DNA from: Candidatus Parcubacteria bacterium | Lineage (GTDB): Bacteria; Patescibacteriota; Minisyncoccia; Phycocordibacterales; CAIZLB01 | Assembly (NCBI GenBank): GCA_039795775.1 | Contig: JBDKLC010000001.1 | Span: forward strand, 1-42,811 | Direction: 5' to 3' | Length of the DNA stretch: 42,811 bases | Shown here: piece after piece, positions 27,886-36,370 of the stretch | Position numbering within the stretch: the stretch's first letter is position 1 | Layout: each line of letters begins with the position of its first letter | Made by a program: the position numbers and the translations under genes | The notes under the pieces: model-generated | What the model was told of the DNA's origin: nothing | Seen by the model: only the letters and a program-made list of their open reading frames with translations | Databases searched by the model: none

Positions 27886-28563
27886 ATGAATACACATAGT
27901 ATCCGTCAGCCCGGCTCGATTCTCGAGTTAGGAGGGCTCTCCAAGGATGGGTTTCGATTCATCCAAACGACAGTAGAAGGTGCTCCGTGCATCTTATCAG
28001 TTCGAAAGTTCTTCGCAGCTTCACAGCTGCTGGTGCGATCGAATTATTGGCGGTTCCTGAAGGCTTGTCTTGCGATGACAAGTCTTCCTGGAAATATAAA
28101 AACGCAAATTCAACAACGTGAAGAAGCAGACTTATCGCAAATGACGCTTCATGAGCTGTGCGCTCTTTCACAAAAAGTTCTTCCTGCAAAGATGTATGCG
28201 AGTGACAAGACCGTGGGTTTCGACATCGGAGCCCGTGATCGTGTCCTCTGCAGATTCATGCAAAGGTTGTATGGTATCCAAGGAGCTCCGTTTTGGCAGG
28301 TGTTTGCAGTCGACATGATGGATAACTTCCTCTTTCGATTGCGGGACTTGCTCAAGGAGCACCACCAAGATCTCGGTCTCGGCAAGGAAGACTTTGTGTA
28401 TCTACAAAGGTATTGCTCTTTTCTACAGCAGCTCGGCGACGGTCTGTTGTATCTGTGGGAGGCTATTCCACCAGAAGCACAAGCTGTCGAAAAAGGGGAA
28501 ACCCGACTGCGACTGCAATTCATGGAAGTCATCCATGCGAGCTTGAAAGGAGTTAAAGAATAG
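27886..28563 (+). CDS. Hypothetical protein (no family recognised)
   Basis: 225-codon ORF with an ATG start, bounded by terminators on both sides. Confidence 0.6.
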   Translation: MNTHSIRQPGSILELGGLSKDGFRFIQTTVEGAPCILSVRKFFAASQLLVRSNYWRFLKACLAMTSLPGNIKTQIQQREEADLSQMTLHELCALSQKVLPAKMYASDKTVGFDIGARDRVLCRFMQRLYGIQGAPFWQVFAVDMMDNFLFRLRDLLKEHHQDLGLGKEDFVYLQRYCSFLQQLGDGLLYLWEAIPPEAQAVEKGETRLRLQFMEVIHASLKGVKE

Positions 28564-28605
28564 TGGGCACACACTCACACAACTGCACACAAATACGTTC
28601 GGGAT

Positions 28606-28637
28606 GAGCGGCGAGGTTCCATACCTCGCCGCTTTTA
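28606..28637 (+). terminator. Intrinsic terminator
   Basis: GAGCGGCGAGGT-tccat-ACCTCGCCGCTT followed by TT. Confidence 0.85.
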
Positions 28638-28776
28638 TATTTATATAGTAGAAACCTACGCTTTTACATGCAGATATTTGTACTAAAAATAAGGTAAAAA
28701 AGAGGCTGAAAAACCGTCCAAATAAGCCTCCCTAGAGGGGGTAAAAGGAGGCCTATATATAAGGGGGATATAATAT

Positions 28777-28810
28777 TTGACAAGATTACGGCTATGCGTA
28801 TAATAACCAC
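28777..28810 (+). promoter_or_regulatory. Promoter of the 23S-5S rRNA unit
   Basis: TTGACA-16 nt-TATAAT-AACCAC; a 16-nt spacer is typical of rRNA promoters. Confidence 0.88.
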
Positions 28811-28894
28811 CACATCAGATATGTTGAATCATCTTAGAAGCGGAACTAAGAAACAACGCCAATAGGCATACCAATGCCTGGCGCTGTTTTAAAG

Positions 28895-28929
28895 AGACCG
28901 CTTCTAAAAAGGAGCGGTCTTCTTTTTTT
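28895..28929 (+). terminator. Intrinsic terminator-like hairpin inside the 23S leader
   Basis: AGACCGCTTC-taaaaa-GGAGCGGTCT-TCTTTTTTT. Confidence 0.65.
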
Positions 28930-29687
28930 AAAGAAAACACGAGCTCCAAGATGAATACCGACTGACAGAAATTTGAAAACTTCATTCTGCCCCGTTACAT
29001 TTCAACGAAAGTTGTTTATGGTCTTTTCAAGACGGAGGCAGAGTACGACTTCTTAACTACCCGTTAAAGGAGTCGTACAATCCACCGTGTTACTTCTCAA
29101 GGTAACCGGTGGGCAGGTAATACATTAAGTGATTGTGGTTTTTACATTTCCTAATAGGAAATGTAAGGGCGTATGGTGGATGCCTTGACACAACAAAGCG
29201 ATGAAGGACGCGGCATAGCGGCGATATGCTCCGGGGAGATGCTAAGCAATCTTTGATCCGGAGATTTCCGAATAGGGAAACCTAAGAGACTTGATCTCTT
29301 GTTCTGCTATTAAGCAGTTCGTATACCCAGGGAAGTAAAACATTTCAGTACCTGGAGGAAAATAAAACAATCTCGCAAGAGAACCATTTCCTAAGTAGCG
29401 GCGAGCGAAAAGGAAGTAGCCCAAACCAAGCTTTCCTATGGATGGCAACGTAAGTTGCACTCCATAGGGTAGCTTGGGGTTGTAAGGTGATGCACGAGCA
29501 ATTTATTGTTCAAAAAGTTACAAAATGTTTCGTTAACAGAACGCGCTGGGAAGCGCGGCCCAAGTAGGTAATAGCCCTGTATGTGAAAACGAAATATCTT
29601 TTAGCGTCATTCTTGAGTACCTCGAGACACGAATGGCTCGGGGGAATCCACCGGAACTAACCGGTAAGGCTAAATATTTGTTGTGAT

Positions 29688-29724
<37 letters not shown>

Positions 29725-29780
29725 AAGTCCGATGAGGACAGTGAAATAGACCTGAAACCATATGCCTACAAGGAGTCGGC

Positions 29781-29930
29781 GCGGGCTGAACTCTCTACAT
29801 AATTTATTTGTATTTACCCAGATGAGAATTTTTTCTCAACTGGAATTTTTGTTTACACACTTTTCGAAGTGATACAAGTAAATAAAAACAACGTAAATAT
29901 ATTTTAAATTATATGAAGAGTTCAGTCCGT
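29781..29930 (+). other. Expanded helix 25 (IVS or expansion segment, about 130 extra nt)
   Basis: AT-rich branched insert closed by GCGGGCTGAACTCT/AGAGTTCAGTCCGT, between TACAAG and GCGTGCCTATTG. Confidence 0.85.
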
Positions 29931-31272
29931 CACGGCGTGCCTATTGAAGAATGAGCCAACGAGTTGATGCATGCTGCGCGGATAAGGGCGAGAGCCTGGA
30001 TCCATAGGGAAACCGAGTGTTAATAGCGCGTATGTAGTATGCATCAGACCCGAAGCCAATGCGAGCTTACCATGAGCAGGGTGAAGTACCTCGAAAGAGG
30101 TATGGAGGCCCGAACCCGTTAGTCGTTCAACTCTTTGGGATGACTTGTGGTAAGAAGTGAAAAGCTAATCGAGCTTGGTAATAGCTGGTTCTCTCCGAAA
30201 TAGCTTTTGGGCTAGCGTTACGTGTTCCTCTAGGGGGTAGAGCACTGGAAGGACTCGACAGGGAGAAATCTCGCGAGTCCTATCAAACTCCGAATACCTA
30301 GAGTTATAGCGTGGCAGTTAGACCGTGGGGGCTAAGCTCCACTGGTCAAAAGGGAAACAGCCCTGATCCATATTTAAGGTCCCTAAATCTATGTTAAGTG
30401 CACTTAAGGTGGTGAAGTTTCTGAGACAATGAGGAGGTTTGCTTAGAAGCAGCAATCCTTGAAAGATAGCGTAACAGCTCACTCATCGAGAGATTTCGCG
30501 CCGCAAATAACCGGGGCTAAAACATAGTACCGAAACTTGGGGTGCGTTCCGTCTTCGGACGGTTCGCGCGGTAGGAGAGTGTTCTTGTCCGCGATGAAGG
30601 CAAAGGGGTGACCCATGCTGGAGCGTCAAGAAGTAAGAATGTTGGCACAAGTAACCACAATCGATGTGAAAAACATCGACGCCGAAAGATCAAGGTTTCC
30701 TTGGCAATGATTGTCATCCAAGGGTTAGTCAGGCCTAAGGGGATGGTGAGAACCGAACCCGATGGACACATGGTTAATATTCCATGACTTTCACGTATAG
30801 TGATGAAGGGACGGAGTGTAGTATGTAGAGCGAATTATGAATTTTCGTCCATGCCTTAAGGGCGTTCTGTAGGTAAGTCCGCAGAACTGATTTTAATATC
30901 GTCCCAAATGGAGTGGAGATGCTGGGGATTCGTTTCCAGATAATTCTACAAAGCACGCTTCCGAGAAAAGCTTCTAAACTTATATACGTGAAAACTGTAC
31001 CGCAAACCGACACAGGTGATCAGCTCGAGTAGAGCAAGGCGAACGGGTGAGAGGTCTTCAAGGAACTCGGCAAAAAAGCAGCCGTAACTTCGGAATAAGG
31101 CTTGCCCTCTTTATGAGGGTTGCAACAAAAGTATCCCTGGCAACTGTTTATCAAAAACACAGCTCCCTGCGAACTCGCAAGAGGATGTATAGGGGGTGAC
31201 ACCTGACCAATGCCAGAAGGTTAAATATTGGCGGTGACATAGCAATATGTTTGCTGACTGATATATGCCCTG

Positions 31273-31307
<35 letters not shown>

Positions 31308-31536
31308 TCAGCGTTCATTTCATATGAATGCTGAAGGACTAGGACTGTTGTAAGTTTCTGATAAATTAGATTGAACAGCACAGTTCCATTACACACATAG
31401 AATAGCTACCTACAATGTAGTAATACATTGTTAGTCCATCATAGTTAAATAGAGACCAACACTATGCATCCCAGCTTCTTTAATCGAAAGATATAAGAAA
31501 AGGATGAAGATAGAGTCCTTCTCTAAGGAATAGAAG
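31308..31536 (+). ncRNA. Group I-like intron at L1931 (229 nt, degenerate core, no homing endonuclease)
   Basis: Splits CCTAAGGT|AGCGAAATTCC; upstream exon ends in U and insert ends in G; R-like TAGAGACCAAC, P8 CATCC/GGATG, S-like AAGATAGAGTCC. Confidence 0.8.
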
Positions 31537-32199
31537 AGCGAAATTCCTTGTCAGGTAAGTTCTGACGCGCACGAATGGTGTAATGACTGGGGAACTGTCT
31601 CGAAGACTCGCCCGGTGAAAATGCAATAGCGGTGAAGATGCCGCTTACCTGCAGCTAGACGAAAAGACCCCAGAAGCTTCACTGTAACGTGATATTGAGT
31701 ATATGTTTTTACTGCGTAGCATAGGTGGGAGAGATTGAAGTCAGGATTTTGGTTCTGATGGACTCGTCAGTGAAATACCACTCTTTCAAAATATATATTC
31801 TAACCGCGACGGCAAAAACGTCGCGAAACAGTATCTCGTGGTCAGTTTTAGTGGGGCGCTATCCTCCCAAAAAGTAACGGAGGAGTTTATTAAGGTTGGC
31901 TAGGCGCGAATGGAAACCGTGCCGATAGTGCAATGGCATAAGCCAGCTTAACTGTAAGACGTGAATGTCGAGCAGATGCGAAAGCAGAACATAGTGATCC
32001 GACCATACGCGTTAGACGCGGTGGGAGCTCATCTGATAAAAGCTACTCTGGGGATAACAGGCTGGTTGTATCTAAGAGTCCATATCGACGATACAGTTCG
32101 GCACCTCGATGTCGGCTCAACTTATCCTGGGGCTGGAGAAGGTCCCAAGGGTTTGGCTGTTCGCCAATTAAAAAGTTACGCGAGCTGGGTTCAGACCGT

Positions 32200-32621
32200 T
32201 CAGAAAGGAAACATTAGGTATCAGAATTTAGATGATAGAAGTACTGCTGTATTTCTAAAGTCTAAATTCTGATAGCTAACTTCTATTTTGAACAGTCTGA
32301 ATCCTTCGAGAGATTGATTTATACGAGTAGTATAAACACTGTTAGATTAACCTATTGATTTGAAATAAAATCAAAATCACGGCGGTCATATATTGAAAAA
32401 TATAATGACATAGTTTACTAGTATCGGTGAAGTCCGTCTGAAAACTGACAACTAAACAGTTTTCAAGGATAATACCGAGGGAAGCCCAAACTCTGTAAAG
32501 AGATTAGGCACCCGTAGAGACTAAACGTAAACCATCCGGCAATTTATGATAGAAGTAAAATTCTATTCATGAAAAAGGATGATGATATAGTCCATTCCAC
32601 GTAGCAATACGTGAAAAGAAG
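32200..32621 (+). ncRNA. Group I intron at L2593 (422 nt, no homing endonuclease)
   Basis: Splits GACCGT|CGTGAGAC; IGS TCACG-G-CGGTC (32377-32387); P3 GTTTAC/GTAAAC, P4 TCGGT/ACCGA, P7 GACTA/TAGTC, P8, P9 with GCAA loop, terminal G. Confidence 0.93.
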
Positions 32622-32999
32622 CGTGAGACAGGTTGGTCTCCTATCTACTGCAGGCGTTGATACTTGAGAAGATTTGCCCTTAGTACGAGAGGACCGGGGT
32701 GAACTGACCTCTGGTGTACCAGTTGTCGCGTCAGCGGCATTGCTGGGTAGCTAAGTCGGGAATGGATAAGCTCTGAAAGCATCTAAGAGCGAAGCCAGCT
32801 TCAAGATTAGGTATCGTTTGAGACCCGTAAGAGATGATTACGTTGATAGGCGCTAGATGTAAGCACAGTAATGTGTTCAGTCGAGGCGTACTAATGCGTC
32901 GATTCCTATTAGGAAATGTGAATGCCACGATCGCTAAATGTATTGTTTGTAAAAATTATGAAGTTTGAAATTGAAAAGTAAGCAAAGTTAAATCCTTTG

Positions 33000-33107
33000 T
33001 TCTGGTGACTTATCGGAAGGGTCACACCTGTTCTCATTCCGCACACAGAAGTTAAGCCTTCCAGAGGCGATGATACTCTAATAGGGGAAAGTAGCTCGTC
33101 GCCAGAA
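33000..33107 (+). rRNA. rrf: 5S rRNA (short)
   Basis: TCTGGTGAC...CACCTGTTCTCATTCCGCACACAGAAGTTAAG...CGATGATACT...GAAAGTAG..CGTCGCCAGA. Confidence 0.93.
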
Positions 33108-33123
33108 CAAAGGATTGAACAAA

Positions 33124-33160
33124 ACAAAAAAATCGCATAGCAATATGCGGTTTTTTTGTT
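33124..33160 (+). terminator. Terminator of the 23S-5S unit
   Basis: AAAAAAATCGCATA-gcaa-TATGCGGTTTTTTT. Confidence 0.88.
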
Positions 33161-33188
33161 ATCAGATATAGGCTATAATACGTCCATT

Positions 33189-33965
33189 ATGATTTCATGG
33201 GCTGCAAAACGACAACTCGCATACGCTACTCTAGTCTTGGTTGTGCTTCTTATTGTTATCGGCCTCCCTGTGTATTTTATTTATATACAAAAGCAGCCAA
33301 CGTGCTTTGATAAAATAAAAAATCAAAACGAGCAAGGGGTGGACTGTGGTGGTGTATGTCAGCGAGCGTGTATGGAACAAGTGATTCCACTTCCCATTAC
33401 AATGTGGTCAAGAGCATTCAAAGTATCTGGAGGAACCTATAACCTTGCTGCTTATGTACAAAACGCAAACGTTGATTACACATCAGAGCCAACACGATAT
33501 CTCTTCCGTGTGTATGACTCCGAAAACGTTCTCATTGGTATAAGAGAGGGTATTACATCTGTACCACCAACAAAAAGTTTTCCTATCTTTGAACAAGCAT
33601 TCAATACAGGAGAGAGAGTTCCAGCAAAAGTATTCTTTGAATTTACACGAGGCATGGTATGGAAAAAATATGCCGGCGTTAAGCCAGAAATTGAGGTTAT
33701 TGATGAACGATTTGTTGGTACTACAACTGCGAGTTCATCGATGCCTCGACTTGAAGCCGCGCTCTCAAACAAGACTGTAAATACATATCGAAATATCGAA
33801 GTAGTGACAATCGTTTATGACATAGATGGAAACGCGATGGCTGCATCAAGAACATATGTAGATATTCTTCCAGGAAAACAACAAGTGCCTATTCTCTTTA
33901 CATGGCCTGAACCATTCAAGAGTGAAGTCTCAAAAGTTGAAGTTATTCCTAAGCTTGTCTTCTAA
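33189..33965 (+). CDS. Membrane-anchored protein with a Cys-rich 'CFD..KNQ.E.GVDCGG.C' motif
   Basis: TM helix, then PTCFDKIKNQNEQGVDCGGVC..AC, then beta-rich domains; ATG at 33189 follows a TATAAT. Confidence 0.72.
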   Translation: MISWAAKRQLAYATLVLVVLLIVIGLPVYFIYIQKQPTCFDKIKNQNEQGVDCGGVCQRACMEQVIPLPITMWSRAFKVSGGTYNLAAYVQNANVDYTSEPTRYLFRVYDSENVLIGIREGITSVPPTKSFPIFEQAFNTGERVPAKVFFEFTRGMVWKKYAGVKPEIEVIDERFVGTTTASSSMPRLEAALSNKTVNTYRNIEVVTIVYDIDGNAMAASRTYVDILPGKQQVPILFTWPEPFKSEVSKVEVIPKLVF

Positions 33966-35083
33966 TGAAGAAGGGTATTTTTAGATTGGATTGGTATATC
34001 GTTGGTGCGCTTCTTCCAATTCTCGGAGCAGGGCTCGTTACGATGAAGTCATTTACTGGAAACGGTACGCACTTTGGTCGTCAGCTCATATGGATCTGTG
34101 TGGGATTCATCATATTTTATATTTGTAGTTTTATTGACTTTAGATTCTTGAGACGAACACGAGTGATTATCACGTTGTTTGCTCTTTCTATATTGTCACT
34201 TCTTACTATTTTTATCTTCGGTAACGTAGCAAAAGGAGCAAAAAGTTGGCTCGACCTGGGCTTCTTTTCTATTCAACCTGCTGACCCCGTGAAGCTCGTT
34301 CTTATTATGCTTTTGGCAAAATATTTCTCGCGCCGACACGTAGAAATCGCTGATATTCGCCATATTATCGTCTCAGGACTTTATGCCTTTGTTCTCTTCT
34401 TTTTGGTGCTTTTACAGCCAGACTTTGGTTCGGCAATTGTTCTGTTTCTCATCTGGTTTGGTATGGTATTAGTGTCAGGTATTTCAAAGAAGCACTTGGC
34501 TATAGTATTTTTGATAGGGACAGTTGCCTTCGCAGGGTTGTGGAATTTTGGATTCAAGGAATATCAAAAAGCACGTATCAAGAATTTCATCCATCCGCTC
34601 GCAGATGTGCGTGGAACCGGATATAACGCGTACCAAGCAATGATTACAGTAGGGTCTGGGGAAATACTCGGAAAAGGTATTGGATACGGTACACAATCGC
34701 GTTTAAAGTTCCTCCCTGAATATGAAACAGACTTTATTTTTGCAGCATTTGCTGAAGAATGGGGATTTATTGGGGTACTAATTTTATTTATTCTTTATGG
34801 AATTATCATTTACCGTATATTTTGGTATGCCTTACGAGGAGAAACCAATTTCGAAATTCTGTATGCAACAGGGCTTGCAATCTATTTTATGATTCACCTC
34901 ATTATCAACTTCGGTATGAATATTGGTGTAATGCCTGTAACGGGTATTCCGGTGCCATTTATGAGTTACGGGGGTTCACATGTACTCGCGGAGTTCCTCG
35001 GTCTCGGTATGCTTATGGGTATGAAAAACTATGCACGAGTAATGCATAGAGAAGTGATCAAAAACGAGTTCCACGGAGCGTAG
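33965..35083 (+). CDS. rodA: Rod shape-determining protein RodA (SEDS family)
   Basis: GAKSW....FSIQP, LQPDFGSA, YQKARI..F..P..D..GTGY, FLPE.ETDFIFA, PVTGIP.PFMSYGGS. Confidence 0.93.
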   Translation: MKKGIFRLDWYIVGALLPILGAGLVTMKSFTGNGTHFGRQLIWICVGFIIFYICSFIDFRFLRRTRVIITLFALSILSLLTIFIFGNVAKGAKSWLDLGFFSIQPADPVKLVLIMLLAKYFSRRHVEIADIRHIIVSGLYAFVLFFLVLLQPDFGSAIVLFLIWFGMVLVSGISKKHLAIVFLIGTVAFAGLWNFGFKEYQKARIKNFIHPLADVRGTGYNAYQAMITVGSGEILGKGIGYGTQSRLKFLPEYETDFIFAAFAEEWGFIGVLILFILYGIIIYRIFWYALRGETNFEILYATGLAIYFMIHLIINFGMNIGVMPVTGIPVPFMSYGGSHVLAEFLGLGMLMGMKNYARVMHREVIKNEFHGA

Positions 35084-35097
35084 GAACGTAGTTTTTC

Positions 35098-36270
35098 TTA
35101 ATAAAATTTTTCAGTATTTTTAATCATCTGTTCAAATGAGAATTCACCAGTTATTTTCTCATGAAGATTAAAAGAAAGTTTATTCTGTTTTTCTGGAGTA
35201 CGAATCATTGTAAAGAGAGCATCACAGAGGGCTTCTGGATCACGAGGAGGTACAAGGAGTCCTGTTTCTTCGTGCACAATCATTTCAGGAATACCACCAA
35301 CTGCAGTAGCTACGACAGGAAGAGCCGCCTGTCCTGCTTCTTGAATCACATAGGCAAGGCCCTCTGAAAGAGAAGAGAGGACAAAGATATCGAGTGCTTT
35401 GAGGTATGAAGCCGCTTGTGGGACGTTTCCACAAAGGAATACTTTACCCTCGAGGTTCATATCTCTAATTTTTTTCTCAAGGTGCGCGCGTTCTTCGCCC
35501 CCTCCCATAATGAGGAGAGAAGGAACAATAGATGGGGTGTTCGATAGCTTCTGGAGAAGGAGCTTATAGGCGTCAATGAGGTAATTGTGCCCTTTGATGT
35601 GATGCAATTCACCGATAGTCCCTATAACTGGAAGTGAAAAAGACTGTGATGATACTTCGCAAATGTCAGCAAGTCGCGCTCGGGCAATCTCTCGGGTGAG
35701 GAAGTATGGATTTTTTATGCCGTTATATACGACATGGATCTTTTTGTGTACAAAAGGGAAGAGTTTTTGTGACTGCTTGAGTAGACCTTCTGACACAGAA
35801 ATAGTAGCGTGACTCCAGAGTATTGTAAGCCAATAAATAAACCTGATGAGGGACTTAGAAATGAAGGATCTATTTTCATTTGTCGCTAATCCATGGAGGG
35901 TAAATACGATGTGTGGCACTCGGGCGAGTCGTCCAACGAAGGCGCCGAGGGCACCAATCTTTGAACTATTGAGGTGTACGACATGAGGTTTTTCTTTTTT
36001 GAAAATAGTATACAAATAGAACGCTGTTTTGATGTCACTTGTCAGTGAAATGTCTCGTATGAGTGAGGGGATGGAAATAGTCTTGATACCTGCTTCATCG
36101 AGCCTCTTTTTGAGAGTGCCATCACCACCCATGAGGACTGTTATATCGTATTCTTCAGAGCTAAGGCCTGTTGCAAGGTCATATACATAACGCTGAGCAC
36201 CGCCCCAGTTTGATTTTGTAATAACGAGGAATAGTTTCTTTTTTTGAGGCGATTGAGTTGATTTTTCCAT
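35098..36270 (-). CDS. Glycosyltransferase family 4
   Basis: WGGAQRY, HLNSSK.G, DIFVLSSLSEGL.YVIQEA....LPVVAT.VGGIPE; start placed at MEKS. Confidence 0.92.
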   Translation of the reverse strand: MEKSTQSPQKKKLFLVITKSNWGGAQRYVYDLATGLSSEEYDITVLMGGDGTLKKRLDEAGIKTISIPSLIRDISLTSDIKTAFYLYTIFKKEKPHVVHLNSSKIGALGAFVGRLARVPHIVFTLHGLATNENRSFISKSLIRFIYWLTILWSHATISVSEGLLKQSQKLFPFVHKKIHVVYNGIKNPYFLTREIARARLADICEVSSQSFSLPVIGTIGELHHIKGHNYLIDAYKLLLQKLSNTPSIVPSLLIMGGGEERAHLEKKIRDMNLEGKVFLCGNVPQAASYLKALDIFVLSSLSEGLAYVIQEAGQAALPVVATAVGGIPEMIVHEETGLLVPPRDPEALCDALFTMIRTPEKQNKLSFNLHEKITGEFSFEQMIKNTEKFY

Positions 36271-36370
36271 GTACGTATAGAGCATATTATACATGATCAA
36301 TTTGGCAAAGCTTTTTTTGAAGAATAATTGTAATTTGCATCATATTTAGTATGATAGGCCTATCTAAGCC

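Noticed and set aside
28149-28574. 141-aa antisense ORF over the orphan gene
   Set aside because: The plus-strand ORF is longer, starts with ATG and has its own downstream terminator
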